Below are positions 49,401 through 58,621 of a stretch of 64,000 nt of DNA, in pieces. The translations under genes and the position numbers were made by a program. Under the pieces are notes generated by a model that was not told the DNA's origin, ran no database searches, and saw nothing but the letters and a program-made list of their open reading frames with translations. The first letter of the stretch is position 1, and each line of letters starts with the position of its first letter. Source of the stretch: Callorhinchus milii (Eukaryota); assembly GCF_018977255.1 (NCBI RefSeq), contig NW_024704743.1:16556001-16620000 (forward strand). Reading direction: 5' to 3'.

Positions 49401-51197
49401 CAGGGAAGAAGGGAAAGGGAAATGTCTCCACCAAAAACTTAGTATAACAATATTTCCAAGGTATTCAACAGTGTTAAATAGTTTGTTGTTTGTTTGTTTG
49501 AACGTCTCCTGATAACACTATAAACATCTCTTGTCTAACAGTGTGAACTCTCTCCTACTCTCCACTGGGACAGTATGAACAATGACATCATTAGTCCAGC
49601 CATTGTGTGAAGTTGGGAGGAAGAGGTTCACAGCTACTGACCAGTAGATTTAATCACAACATGTGATAGATATCAAGTCACAGGTCACATTTTCACACCC
49701 ACTATTATTTGTTTTGAGGTTCTTAGAATCCTTGATCATACGTTTGGAATGAAGAAGGCCCTTCAGCCCATCTGACCTCATTCCTCCAAAATCTGTTCCC
49801 TGTTACCTTCAATCATAACATCAAGCTGTTTATTAAATTAGTTCCTTGTCCTACCTTTGAATCACCCTTGCTGGTATCCTGTGTATCATTAATTTCTTCT
49901 TGGTAAACAAATACTGTGTGGTGTCTGTCCTGAAATTGCCCATTGGAAGCCTGAGCCTGCTGTGCCTTCTTGTTTTTTGCTGTCTTGACGTATTTGAAAA
50001 TATTGTTCTGGGTTTATTGTCTGAATCCCATTTAAAATCTTATGCACCCCAATAAGCTCCTCTCTGAGATGTCTTTTCAATGCTGAAGAGCCTGAATTTA
50101 TCTTCTCTTTGCTCATTGCTCATTCCTCTAACACTGGGGACCATCCTCGTTGCTCTGCCTCTTGGCACCGGGCAACTCCTTATGTTTCAGTGACCACAAC
50201 GTACGCAGTAGTCTAGGTATGACCTGACCAGAATACTATACAGGTTAAGCATGTCTTCCAGGCATCTAAACTCAACTGATTTTCTAATATAGCACAGCAT
50301 TCCATTTCCTAGTATAAATAGTTCAGGTTAAGGTGTCTCACTGCCATAGTGTTTGTTGCACTGGCTATTAATGAACAGAACATTTAGGATAATGTCACTG
50401 TTGCTGCTTGAGTTCAAAGGGTGGCATCCTGGATTAATTTGAGTACTTAACTAGAGCTTCATTTAAGAGCTGCAGAGTCTGACTGACAGTCTTACAAAAA
50501 ATAAAACATATCAGGCAGAAAATAAACTTGTTTCTTGTAAATATACCTTCATCTGTCAGTTCAGTGACAGATGAAGGTATAGCTGGCCCCCACCTGTCTT
50601 TGGGGAGGTGGGGAAAAGATGAAGACACATCCCAACATTGCTACTTGGAGTTTACACTTTTGTTAGTTGCTCTTTAAGATGAGGATGATGCTTCAATGCC
50701 CTAAGGTTCAAACAGAAGCCACTTTTAGCAATCTCTCCTTTCAACATCGGGAACCTGATTTCAGTCCAGCCCCAACATCTGGAAATTAAGAGAAAAACAT
50801 TTGGTGACATCAATTCTGTTCCACACCGGTATCTGAGGACAAAGCACTGAACAGCTAGAATCCCCCAATAAGTGGTACTGATGAGTCCTAGCCCTGGACG
50901 TCCCAAGCCCTTCAGCGCCTTGGGATGACCTCCCGATGTGAAAGGCGCTATACAAATATAATTTTGTTGTTGAGATCAAACGTACAATCCACAGCGACCA
51001 TCAGCATTGTGTTTGGTTACCACTGAAGACACAATACAGCTGCTGAGAACTGTATTGGAGATTAGAAATTGTTTTTTTTCTTCTTGCAGGATGCTGGCTG
51101 GCTTTTGGGCATAAAGGAGTCTGACTGGTTACAATACGGTGATGCCAAGGGCCATAAGGGACTGTTTCCAGAGAATTTCACACAGCGACTGGAATAA
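626..51197 (+). CDS. AMPH: Amphiphysin (amphiphysin I), multi-exon gene, 5'-partial (first BAR exons upstream of window)
   Basis: Spliced exons with consistent phases encode BAR C-terminal part ([53 protein letters not shown]), [20 protein letters not shown] and an SH3 ending [12 protein letters not shown]. Residues such as KRSRK and LCHKLYE match AMPH rather than BIN1. Confidence 0.96.
990..1500 (+). mobile_element. Degenerate CR1 LINE RT fragment
   Basis: [36 protein letters not shown] remnants. Confidence 0.75.
2280..2700 (-). mobile_element. L2 LINE 3' fragment
   Basis: [31 protein letters not shown] and the conserved 3' tail. Confidence 0.85.
3011..3118 (+). CDS. AMPH: AMPH exon, BAR domain ([36 protein letters not shown])
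   Basis: aaacag| ... AAG|gtggct; 108 nt. Confidence 0.95.
4589..4674 (+). CDS. AMPH: AMPH exon, BAR domain ([28 protein letters not shown])
   Basis: ttttag| ... CCAG|gtattg; 86 nt, ends phase 2. Confidence 0.95.
4790..5660. repeat. Unclassified old dispersed repeat (other pieces at 13370-13856, 17320-18400, 37330-37440, 42760-43170, 45230-45500, 47157-47577)
   Basis: Shared blocks such as gggctttggcttgcagggtta, gcttggctcaggaac, accaggcttactcagcaccag recur among copies. Confidence 0.75.
5693..5768 (+). CDS. AMPH: AMPH exon, BAR domain ([25 protein letters not shown])
   Basis: ttcctag| ... GTG|gtgagt; 76 nt, restores frame. Confidence 0.95.
7917..7999 (+). CDS. AMPH: AMPH exon, end of BAR domain ([27 protein letters not shown])
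   Basis: ttctag| ... CCCAG|gtactg; 83 nt, ends phase 2. Confidence 0.95.
9774..9782 (+). CDS. AMPH: Candidate alternative 9-nt AMPH microexon (AAGGCGAAG), converts GAPSD to GAPRRRSD
   Basis: tgctgactag|AAGGCGAAG|gtaaga; frame-preserving; TGC motifs upstream and TAG cluster downstream. Confidence 0.7.
10420..10890 (-). mobile_element. L2 LINE 3' fragment
   Basis: [17 protein letters not shown]...[11 protein letters not shown]; same subfamily as 2280-2700. Confidence 0.85.
11362..11512 (+). CDS. AMPH: AMPH exon, proline-rich region ([50 protein letters not shown])
   Basis: ttctag| ... CAG|gtaaag; 151 nt, phase 2-0. Confidence 0.95.
11824..11952 (+). CDS. AMPH: AMPH exon with FxDxF AP-2 motif ([43 protein letters not shown])
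   Basis: atccag| ... CAG|gtcagc; 129 nt. Confidence 0.95.
12095..12395 (+). mobile_element. Old DeuSINE-like (SacSINE1/AmnSINE-type) element, internally deleted
   Basis: tRNA-like head, taaaccgaggtcctgtctgcc...gatcccatg core, aattggcctgcatttgcctata segment, (TTA) tail. Confidence 0.6.
14225..14470 (+). mobile_element. Young tRNA-derived SINE with deleted head, nested in an older DeuSINE-like copy (14030-14560, - strand)
   Basis: gagtcctgtagct fused to tgggcaagtttcc; body and (TTA)n tail as in 19077 copy. Confidence 0.8.
17446..17803 (+). mobile_element. L2 LINE 3' fragment
   Basis: [36 protein letters not shown], (TTG)n tail. Confidence 0.85.
19077..19417 (+). mobile_element. Young full-length tRNA-derived SINE with L2-like tail
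   Basis: A box TAGCTCAGTGG, B box GAGTTCAATTCC, TGC anticodon loop, tail gaagcgctttgggacgtcctcccgacgtgaaaagcgctat, (TTA)n. Confidence 0.92.
19418..19589 (-). mobile_element. 5' half of a longer SINE variant (3' half at 18970-19076), split by the 19077 SINE
   Basis: tRNA head plus internal gcctctgtttacctagcagtaagtagg segment. Confidence 0.8.
19660..20000 (+). mobile_element. CR1 LINE 3' end
   Basis: SRGHKY...[23 protein letters not shown]...KRKLD and tgggccgagtggcctgtttt tail. Confidence 0.82.
21562..21672 (+). CDS. AMPH: AMPH exon with clathrin box LLDLD and DPF motif ([37 protein letters not shown])
   Basis: ctctag| ... CAG|gtctgt; 111 nt. Confidence 0.94.
21915..22340 (+). mobile_element. 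Putative non-autonomous Helitron/HINE-like element
   Basis: CpG-rich body with internal direct repeat, aatcggttattgagat...cagacagac...tagtatatatagatag terminus; recognised by pattern only. Confidence 0.4.
22731..22754 (+). CDS. AMPH: AMPH 24-nt exon, clathrin W-box (TLPWDLWE)
   Basis: Long pyrimidine tract, tctcag| ... GAG|gtagga; PWDLW motif. Confidence 0.93.
23424..23530 (+). mobile_element. hAT/Charlie-like DNA transposon end fragment
   Basis: CAGGGAGGTCCAACC terminus and subterminal GCGGGCCGCATCCGGCCCG; no second end found. Confidence 0.5.
23990..24290 (+). mobile_element. DeuSINE-like element
   Basis: cacactccagtgca...ctgcattgtcggaggtgttgtcctttggat...gtgggacattgctgtgtgaaaattggctgcc. 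Confidence 0.7.
25463..25486 (+). CDS. AMPH: AMPH 24-nt exon (ANTELVQP)
   Basis: ctaaag| ... CCT|gtaagt; resembles mammalian TSTDLVQP that follows PWDLW. Confidence 0.88.
26192..27931 (+). CDS. AMPH: AMPH large alternative acidic exon, 1740 nt / 580 aa ([16 protein letters not shown]...[25 protein letters not shown])
   Basis: Core of the 630-aa ORF, bounded by ctaaag| and GAG|gtacct, phase 0-0, free of repeat insertions. Confidence 0.88.
28168..28200 (+). CDS. AMPH: AMPH 33-nt exon ([11 protein letters not shown])
   Basis: ttccag| ... CAG|gtaaga; matches AMPH FNGFTQ. Confidence 0.9.
30360..31330 (+). mobile_element. Degenerate CR1 RT fragment interrupted by a SINE piece (about 30700-30850)
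   Basis: [24 protein letters not shown] remnants. Confidence 0.65.
31580..31800 (-). mobile_element. Penelope-like element terminal repeat with degenerate minimal hammerhead
   Basis: Minus strand ttctgatgaagatttgtggacctgaaatgttgactc...atgctgcctgacttgctgag...ccagcaacttctgttttt. Confidence 0.65.
32045..32410 (-). mobile_element. CR1 3' fragment (32045-32205) joined to an internal L2 fragment (32208-32408)
   Basis: TRGHKY...[15 protein letters not shown]2 part nearly identical to 39118-39317. Confidence 0.82.
33391..33715 (-). mobile_element. Young full-length tRNA-derived SINE nested in an older DeuSINE-like copy (33130-33800)
   Basis: Near-identical to the 19077 copy; flanking direct repeat ACTCCACTTTA. 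Confidence 0.92.
34429..34491 (+). CDS. AMPH: Probable AMPH exon ([21 protein letters not shown])
   Basis: Pyrimidine tract, ttaaag| ... GTG|gtgagt; 63 nt, phase 0-0; low protein conservation. Confidence 0.72.
36118..36436 (+). mobile_element. Young full-length tRNA-derived SINE nested in an L2 3' fragment (36040-36625)
   Basis: Near-identical to the 19077 copy. Confidence 0.92.
36813..36929 (+). CDS. AMPH: Probable AMPH exon ([39 protein letters not shown])
   Basis: caaaag| ... GTG|gtgagt; 117 nt, P/E-rich like the AMPH central region. Confidence 0.8.
37740..38700 (-). mobile_element. L2 LINE ORF2 N-terminal APE endonuclease fragment
   Basis: [34 protein letters not shown] motifs with frameshifts. 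Confidence 0.85.
38714..39890 (-). mobile_element. Young 5'-truncated L2 LINE (RT C-terminal half and 3' tail)
   Basis: [47 protein letters not shown]; tail with (TTG)n. Confidence 0.92.
40403..40462 (+). CDS. AMPH: Probable AMPH exon, duplicate copy 1 ([11 protein letters not shown][VSAVTESTE])
   Basis: ataaag| acceptor; donors GCT|gtgagt (33 nt) or GAG|gcatgt (60 nt); paralogous to 42432. Confidence 0.6.
40490..40875 (+). mobile_element. L2 LINE 3' fragment
   Basis: [24 protein letters not shown], conserved tail. Confidence 0.85.
40893..41215 (+). mobile_element. tRNA-derived SINE, full length
   Basis: Same family as 19077. Confidence 0.9.
41356..41556 (-). mobile_element. 5'-truncated SINE nested in a DeuSINE-like element (41277-41837, + strand)
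   Basis: Host head at 41277-41355 resumes at about 41560 with ttcagatgagacattaaactgaggccccgtctgcc. Confidence 0.78.
42432..42491 (+). CDS. AMPH: Probable AMPH exon, duplicate copy 2 ([11 protein letters not shown][VSTVTESAG])
   Basis: ataaag| acceptor; donors GCT|gtaagc (33 nt) or GGG|gtatgt (60 nt). Confidence 0.62.
44327..44392 (+). CDS. AMPH: Probable AMPH exon ([22 protein letters not shown])
   Basis: ttacag| ... CAG|gtactg; 66 nt, phase 0-0, acidic. Confidence 0.72.
44595..44900 (-). mobile_element. L2 LINE 3' fragment
   Basis: Homologous to the other L2 tails in the window. Confidence 0.8.
46277..46777 (+). CDS. AMPH: AMPH exon ([15 protein letters not shown]...(EEVKPAG)n...MPANFQFK), leads into SH3
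   Basis: tcccag| ... AAG|gtaagt; 501 nt; [10 protein letters not shown] is characteristic of AMPH. Confidence 0.93.
46490..46666 (+). repeat. Coding 21-bp minisatellite GAGGTCAAGCCGGCCGGAGAA, 8 units plus a partial
   Basis: Directly visible tandem array encoding EVKPAGE. Confidence 0.95.
47028..47129 (+). CDS. AMPH: AMPH exon, SH3 N-terminal half ([34 protein letters not shown])
   Basis: tttcag| ... CAG|gtaagc; 102 nt. Confidence 0.95.
47577..48385 (+). mobile_element. L2 LINE RT fragment with internal deletions and 3' tail
   Basis: [40 protein letters not shown]; (TTG)n tail. Confidence 0.9.
48777..49232 (+). mobile_element. Long-variant tRNA-derived SINE containing an insertion of local sequence
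   Basis: Diverged tRNA head, cctctgttaacctagcagt segment, standard body and tail. Confidence 0.8.
49735..50300 (-). mobile_element. CR1 LINE 3' fragment
   Basis: [28 protein letters not shown] remnants; tail related to 1-220. Confidence 0.72.
51090..51197 (+). CDS. AMPH: AMPH last coding exon, SH3 C-terminal half ([35 protein letters not shown])
   Basis: ttgcag| acceptor; TAA at 51195-51197. Confidence 0.96.
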   Translation, partial: DAGWLLGIKESDWLQYGDAKGHKGLFPENFTQRLE

Positions 51198-52243
51198 GCA
51201 TCAGCTGCTGTCTATGGCTATGTGGAATTGTTCAATTATAGCAGGACTTCTCTGACCAAACCACGTGGTCCCCACAACACACACTTGTGTCCTTGGAAGT
51301 TTAATGGTTTACAAAACATTAATATCAGAGTCTAAAAGAGATATACAGCAACAAAAAGAGCACTCAGTGAATACAAGAGTGCAGGTGTCTATTAGCTGAA
51401 GGAAAAAAGCATGACAATGGCCCAAACGTAATTATTAATTTGAAAATAATTGTTTATCTAAATGCAATATGTAATTGTGCTTTAATGGAGTTCTGGTGAT
51501 CCTGTGTATGATCCCTTGCTATCACTTAATGCCAGTGTAACTGTTGGGCAACAAATTTATCTTTTTGCACTGAGCATAGCGTGTGAATTTGTTGCACTGC
51601 ATCAGAATTAAGGTAGTGTATCACGTAGTCAAATATCTATAAACTTATTAACCTTTGATATGTTACTGAAAATTGCTGCCGGTTGTTTTTATTTATATGA
51701 TGTTGCTGGAAAGTTTGCCTTTTCAGTGATGCGGTGTAGGTGACCCTGCTTTGAAATGTATCTCCTTTCGAGTCTCCTTGCCACGTGCATTTGTTGTTCC
51801 TTGTCACCAGCAGTCTGCTGTTGACTCTGTTTCCAAACAAATCGGTTTTGCTTCATTGCCAAAATAAACTTGAGAAATTGTACTTGTAATGTATTGTGCA
51901 TTAAAGTTTTAAAATTATACAATTTAAAGTGCAGTATGATCTTCTGGGGCAAGAGTTTGCCAGTTCCCCCAACTGGCTGGTAACCTGCTGCTTTTCACTC
52001 TCCTATATAACCAAACCACAAAATAACAAGACGTTTGCAGCTCCTTAAAAGGCTGAGTATAATCCAACCCTTTTATGTCAGTTATTTAACTATAAGCTCG
52101 GTTTATCTTTCAAGGAACAACTATAGCATTCTGAACAAATGTGACAAAATAAGTAAAATATTAATGATGTCCATGTCATTTAAGTACTGTATCAATGTGC
52201 TGTTCTGTGATCATTGCTATTCATATTTCATTACACTGACTGA

Positions 52244-52249
52244 AATAAA
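52244..52249 (+). terminator. Candidate AMPH polyadenylation signal AATAAA (a proximal one lies at 51863-51868)
   Basis: Ends about 1.05 kb of repeat-free AT-rich 3' UTR; repeats resume at about 52370. Confidence 0.55.
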
Positions 52250-52369
52250 AAATATTACCATTCTGAGTTGCATTATTTAAGTGTGGGGGAGGAATCTATT
52301 TTACATTTAAAAATTGATAATCGTGCAGCACTGAGCATGTCAATCTAACATCATCCTAGGTACATTTAC

Positions 52370-52688
52370 AATGATTGCCACTGATCCAGCGCCTTTCACA
52401 TCGAGAGTCTCAAAGCGCTTCACAAGATTTACAGTAAACCAAATAACTGTATTTGGTAGGCGTAAGCACCAGTCAATTGGCACACAGCAATGTCCCACCA
52501 ATAGCCAGTGAGTGAGTGACCAATTTTACCTGGGGGATTGTTGGCCAGGAAACGGGGAGAAATTCTTTCAGAGTGCCTCGGGCTCTTTGACATCCACCTG
52601 GATAGGCAGACATGACCTCGGTTTAACATCTCATCTGAGAAATGGCACTTCCAACAAAGTACCACACCCCCAATACTTCACTGGAATA
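52370..52688 (-). mobile_element. DeuSINE-like element
   Basis: cagatgagatgttaaaccgaggtcatgtctgcc...gtgggacattgctgtgtgccaattg on - strand. Confidence 0.7.
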
Positions 52689-52689
52689 T

Positions 52690-54100
52690 CAACAACAACT
52701 TGCATTTATATAGTGGCCTTCATGTGGGGGTAGCATCCCAGAGTGCTTGACAGTGGTGGAGTCTGACACTGAGCCAGCGGGAGAGGAGGGTGACCCGTAA
52801 CCATAATCAAAAAGTTCTTTAGGCAGGATTTTAAAGTGCGGAGGGAGGGAGGGGGCAAGGGGGAGGGATTGAGTTCCAGAGTTTCGGGGCATAGTGGCTG
52901 AAGGCGTGACCACTGATGGTGGAGCGGAGGGGATGAGGGACAAACAGGAGGCCAGAGCCCCTCAAGCAGAGGTAGTGGGTGGAGTTGGGGTAAGCAAATT
53001 GGATAGGTAGGGACGTGCAAGGCCATGAAGGAATTTGAAAACGAGTGATAGGATCTTAAAATTGATCTGTTCATTAATTGGGAGCCAGTGGAGCTTGGCA
53101 AGAACTGGTGTGATGGGTTACAGAGTTTTGTGCAGGTGAGTATCTGGGCAGCGGAGTTTTAAATTAGTTGAATTTTGCGTATGGTGGAGCTGGGGAGCCC
53201 AGCGAGGAGGGCATTGGAATAGTCCAGCCAGGAAATGATGAAGACATGTACGAGGGTTTCGGCTGCTATGGTTGTGAGGTACGAATGGAGGCGGACAATG
53301 TGATGGAGGTGGAAAAAAGCAGTCCTGGTCAAGGAACGGATATGGGGGAGAAAGTTGTGGATCGAACCTGATGCCTAAGTCGTGCATGGCTCTGGTGAGT
53401 TCTGAGGGAGAGCCAAGGGAGGTTGATGAGCTCAGATCTGCAGAAGGGAAGACATTGACAGGAGCCAGAGTTTGGCTTCTGTCTTATGGATATTACGGAA
53501 ATTTGTGGTTAACCAGGACTTGATGTCCGTCAACAAGCTGACAGGACATCAGTGGACTGGAGTTGCAGCTGGAGAAATAGACTTGGGTATCATTCGCATA
53601 CATATGGAAGTTCACTGCATGTCTGCAGATGACATTGTATGTCTGCAGATGACAGATAAGCATGTAAATAATGAAACGAAGGAGGCCAAGCATAAAGCTT
53701 TGGGGTACATCGCAGGTGACAGGGTGGGTTGGGAGGAAAAAATATTTGCCAAGATGTATTGTTGCCAGTTTGTTAAGTAGGACTCAAGCCATGCAAGTCC
53801 CAGTAAGGTGGATTTTTGTGTGAGTATCCGCGCAAGGAGTGGAGAAGCGGTGGGAGAGGATGGCCTGGTCGACTGTGTCGAACGCAGCGGAGAGGTCCAG
53901 GAGGCAGAGGGAGCCCTGATCACAGACAGAGAGGAAGTCATTCGTTACTTTCTAATGAGCACTGTCCCTGTACTGTGGGCCGGTTGAAAACCGGACTGAA
54001 GGGGTTCGAGTAGGGAGTGGAGGGAGAGATGTTAGCAATGTTCTTTTGTAACAATGCCTTCCAAAATTTTGGCCAGGAAGGGCAGGTTTGAAATGGTATC
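52690..54100 (-). mobile_element. Degenerate L2 LINE RT region to 3' tail
   Basis: ISNLPFL, DLSAAFDTVD, WLESYLTN, FHMYANDTQVY remnants; (TTG)n tail. Confidence 0.85.
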
Positions 54101-56954
54101 AGCCTAGATGTGCGAGTTCAAAGATTCAATGTGGGACTTGAACCTACAACCTTTTGACTCAGGTGAGAATGTTACCAACTAAGCCAGGATGACACCAGGT
54201 ATTAAGGCTTTAGCTCCAGGGTTTTGGGACATCTAAAACTCAAATGTTCAATGTGCCTGATCAACTATCAGAGACTTGATTCACTGGCCTAACCGACCTT
54301 GTCAGAGGGCCACCTATTGCCCTAGGCACAGCATGTTTAAAGCTTACTTTTATATAGAAACACCATAAATCACTTTACAAATAAGATTTAAAAATGAAGG
54401 CAAACACAACAGCTAATTTCCATCAGTAACATCCTAGAAAATAGGTTAGGTTTTAAGTATTGTACTTAATTTTATCAAGCTTTAAAGGATGAAGGTGAAA
54501 CAAACTGGAACTGAATCTAGATTGTCTGATCTCTGATCTGTTGCTCAACAGACTGAACGATTTATGATACTCATTTTACATATTTTTGTTAATTATAACG
54601 TGGTGAAATATTGCCTACAATGATCAAAATGCAATAAATTGAATGTTTAAAAACAAGCAAGATACCATTACCTCCTGCTTTAGTTATTTTATTCCTTACA
54701 TTAATTGGAATTTAGCAACAACAATTTTTACTTATGTAGTCACTCGCATAAGATTTATGGTTCAAAATACATGAAAGGGAGCACTGAACAGAGAAAAAAA
54801 GTAGAATTTAAAGATGTTGAGTGAAGGCATGGTCTGAGATAGTATCCTAGAAATGTTTTGAAAGCAGAGAGAGGGGCAAAGCAAAGGGATTTTGTAAGCG
54901 TTGGGAGAGAGCAGGAACATTGTGGGTGAAGGCTCGGCTATCAGTGATGAGGTGGAGGTTGTCAGGAAGGAGCAATAGTCAAAAGAGTGAAGGGCATCGA
55001 TGGAGGAAATTGCAAGGGAAGCCACAGACTTTGAAGGGATTTGAAGGTTAGAACCAGGATCTTAAAATCAATTAACTGAAGTACTAGAAGCCAGTGAAGA
55101 CTGGAGGATGGGGGGTGTGGGTGCACCCAGCCCAGTGCAGCAGAAGATATGGGCTACAGTTTTCAATGAATTGGAGCTTGTGAAGAGTGGAGGTAAAGGA
55201 AGCTGGTAAGAATTGATAGATTTAAAATATTTTTGCCCCAATATCATTTGGCTCCTTTGACAAGTGCACTCTGTGAGTTAAACTGACTTGTTCTATTATT
55301 TGTTCATATATTGTATGATCATTGAGATGATTTAAGCAGAAGTTAGTTCAACTCTCCAACACGTGGATCTCCATTTACACTGTAGGGTGTGATATCCAGC
55401 CAGTATCAGCAAACACATGGAAACACACTTATACAAGCACCTTGTGATACAGATGCCATGCAAGTGCTGCATTTTCAGTGAATAACTTCCCCAACAACCC
55501 AAGTTTTTTTTTTATTTTGATAGAAGGACATTTGCACCAAAACGTCAAGTTTGTTTTATCGTGCAACAGTGAAACTCGGGCCCCATCCGGTCTACAGCAA
55601 AACCACCTTAGAATAAGTAGTGCGTTTTACCAGCAATACTGCCTTACCAACTTGGTTCCATTGATGAGAAAAATTATAACTCATTCATACACTAGGGAGA
55701 AGGGAAATCGACTGCGTGGAGGCTCATGTGGAATATAAATATCATCATGGACTAGTAGGGCCAAAGGACCTATTTCAGTGCTGTGCAGTCTATGTAATTC
55801 GATATAGTCTGCAATGCTCACACTAATCCACACACTTGAAAGGGGTAATGCACCTTTTCATCCCAGGTACACTGTTAGACACCAAAACACATCACCAATC
55901 ACATCCCCAGAACATCGTAGTTTCCCAAAAGTAAAAGATTCATACAACGATATGGGTAAGATCTACTGCTTGCAATCTAACTCACTGCATAGACTCACAA
56001 AGAAGGCACATTACATGCATTTCACTATTATTGAGGTTGTGTGTGGGTATAACCTTTATACTATTTGGTGCAATCTGCTCTTTCATAGAAAGAAAATAGT
56101 ACATACAGTACTCGGAAAAATTCATATATATATCCAATTATTTGAGATAAATCTAAATAAACTAACATTTTTATTTTCCCACTCAGGCTCCAGTTGAAAT
56201 TCTAAGGACTCTAGCCAATAAAAAAAATGTTTGAAGGACATTTTGGGTTGAGAGATTGTTGCCATTATAAACTAAACCTGATCAGCCGTAAGACTTCAAA
56301 TTCATTTGTCCATTATTTTTGCAAGAATCTTGAATCAATATTTTAAAATTGTTCTAGCTGTTTCTTTCCCACTTTCCAGATCACCCCTCCTAGTCGGACA
56401 GCAGATCAGCTCAGTAACCCACCCCCCCCACACCACTACCCTCAAGTAGGGTGTAGAGTTCCAGCTCAACCTGTGTCTGTTAGTGATCATTGCTTGAGAA
56501 CTCGGTTAGCATCTCCATTCCTTCTCTCAGCTAGTTTCAGGTGTACAGTTTCTTTATGCCACTGAGCTCAATTTGACCAATCTAATGCATTTCATAATGA
56601 TATTAATCCCAGCTAGATAAGGATTCAAAAACACCAGACTCTCTCAAAAAGAAACATTTAAGTTGTTAAAATTGCGATGGAAATGATAAACCAACTCAAA
56701 AAATAAAGTAGTGGGATAGTAGAAAAGCTGCTGTAAAGTGGCCTTTGAGATCAATGTTGAACTTTTGCAATGCATACAGTAACAATATTAATATCCTTTT
56801 CAGTCTTGCAGTCTCTGATTTCAGCTCCAGATTAGTCAGACAATTAAATTCTCATTCATTTTGGCAAATACAATAACTGCAGTAATTATAATAAACTATA
56901 GAGCAGAAATTTAATCAGTTTCAAGTGGTCTTTGTGTTCCAATCCGAATATTCA

Positions 56955-56960
56955 TTTATT
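56955..56960 (-). terminator. Candidate C7orf25 polyadenylation signal AATAAA (alternative at 56170-56175)
   Basis: tttatt on + strand, 85 nt past the stop codon. Confidence 0.4.
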
Positions 56961-57044
56961 GTTATCAATGGCATGGGGTTCCCACTTTAGATTTGTGGTC
57001 TTTACATTTACAAATCAGATGAATGCACGTCTCCTGTTTCTATC

Positions 57045-58301
57045 TCATGAAGATGCGTCGTGCTTTGGTAAAGGAGCTGCAGTTGGTTCCTTGCTCTCTG
57101 TTAAAGCTCTTGGTTGATGGATAAACACACTGAATTTAACTCCTTGGTTACCTGCGGCTCTAACAAACCCACTGTTTGCAGTCATGGTTATTGCCTTTAA
57201 AGTGTCTCCAGTGCCAAAGATAGTAATAGAACGAGTGTTGATTTTTGCACTAGCTTCCAGCCTCAAGGCATATTCAGAAGGTTGGTCTGGTACAACTGAG
57301 ATTCTCTGGAGCAGTTTCTGTGCTCGGTCCCTCTCCCCCTGTCCACCCAATGTATCTAAAATGGCTTGAAAATCCTTCACTGCTGACTGACACGCAAATA
57401 GTTCCTTACCCTTCATAAAGGCCTGTAGTTTGGGTAACACACTCTCCTCCCTTTCCTGTGCAGCCTGTTCTGTCAACACTTTCTCTTTAAAAATGTAGTC
57501 GCAGCCCCCGTGACTGACAGCCGAAACAAAGGTGATTAAGGTTGTGATATCTAGGTTGACTCTATTACAGAAATCCACCTTAACGTCAGTCGGGAAAGCA
57601 ACGCTGGCGACGATTGTTGAGCGATCGACTTTAGTCACACACAGAGGCTCCTCTAGATCTTCCTCAGAGTCACTCAAATTCTCACCAGCTTCCTCCACCA
57701 GATCCATCATCGAATTCACCGCGACAATATCCCCTCGCACAGAGAGCCCCATTTCCTTCAGTCTGTCTGCCATGGGGCTCGAAACACTGTTGTAAAACGC
57801 AAACACAATGTGCGGATTGCTGTACTGCACCAGCTGCTGTTTGCTGGCCTCCAGGTAGTCTTCCGCTTGCTCTATGATGCTCTTGTCTCCGTACTGCCCT
57901 CTGCCCACCCAGATGCTGTGCAGCGCCTCGGCTTTTCGGCCAATTGCTTTGACCCACGTGTGACCGCTGTTGGCCACCACATCCACCACCAGGCATTGCT
58001 TCTCCCCGGCACGGTCCCGATAGTTGAAGACATGCAGCAAACTGACCACATCGCCCAGGCTCTCGGCAGACTCGATCACCGCCTTCAGGTGGGTGAGGTT
58101 CGTGCTCTGCAGGTGCGATTCCTTCACAGACACCTTACCCAGTTCCACTTTCTGCAGAAACTTGAGCTCTGCCTTCAGTTTGCTGCAGAGTTTGGGACCT
58201 CCCTGCACGCCGTCCTTCCGGGAACAGGCAAGTGCCTCCGCCCTCTCAAGCAGCTGCCGGGCTTCAGCCATTCTCTCCATAAGGATTCGGTGCACCGACA
58301 T
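57045..58301 (-). CDS. C7orf25: UPF0415 protein C7orf25 homologue, 418 aa, single coding exon
   Basis: [14 protein letters not shown]...[17 protein letters not shown]...[15 protein letters not shown]...[10 protein letters not shown]...[13 protein letters not shown] recognisable as C7orf25. ATG in ctcaccATG context; splice acceptor ttcttccag 15 nt upstream (exon starts 58316). Confidence 0.94.
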   Translation of the reverse strand: MSVHRILMERMAEARQLLERAEALACSRKDGVQGGPKLCSKLKAELKFLQKVELGKVSVKESHLQSTNLTHLKAVIESAESLGDVVSLLHVFNYRDRAGEKQCLVVDVVANSGHTWVKAIGRKAEALHSIWVGRGQYGDKSIIEQAEDYLEASKQQLVQYSNPHIVFAFYNSVSSPMADRLKEMGLSVRGDIVAVNSMMDLVEEAGENLSDSEEDLEEPLCVTKVDRSTIVASVAFPTDVKVDFCNRVNLDITTLITFVSAVSHGGCDYIFKEKVLTEQAAQEREESVLPKLQAFMKGKELFACQSAVKDFQAILDTLGGQGERDRAQKLLQRISVVPDQPSEYALRLEASAKINTRSITIFGTGDTLKAITMTANSGFVRAAGNQGVKFSVFIHQPRALTESKEPTAAPLPKHDASS

Positions 58302-58359
58302 GGTGAGATCATCACCCTGGAAGAAGCTATGGGTTGGAAGGAAAGAGACAGCGAAAGTC

Positions 58360-58585
58360 ATCATTCTCACTCACTCTATCTGGTGCCTGTCTCACTCTCT
58401 CTCTGGTACGTATATCGCTCTCTTTCTCTCTGGGGCCTTTCTCACTCTGCATCTCTCTCACTCTTTCTCTGGTGCCCATTTCACTCTCTTTCTCTTGTGC
58501 CTGTGTCTCACCAACCTGAACCTCTGGTGCCTATTACACTCTGTCTCTTTCTCTGGAGCCTGTCCCACCCTCTCTGGCTCTGGGG

Positions 58586-58621
<36 letters not shown>

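Noticed and set aside
626..51197. Identification as BIN1 or BIN2
   Set aside because: [31 protein letters not shown] and [10 protein letters not shown] match AMPH; the C7orf25 neighbour agrees.
58302..58370. N-terminal extension [23 protein letters not shown] of the 441-aa ORF
   Set aside because: Mostly intron pyrimidine tract and acceptor; the conserved protein starts at MSVH (58301).
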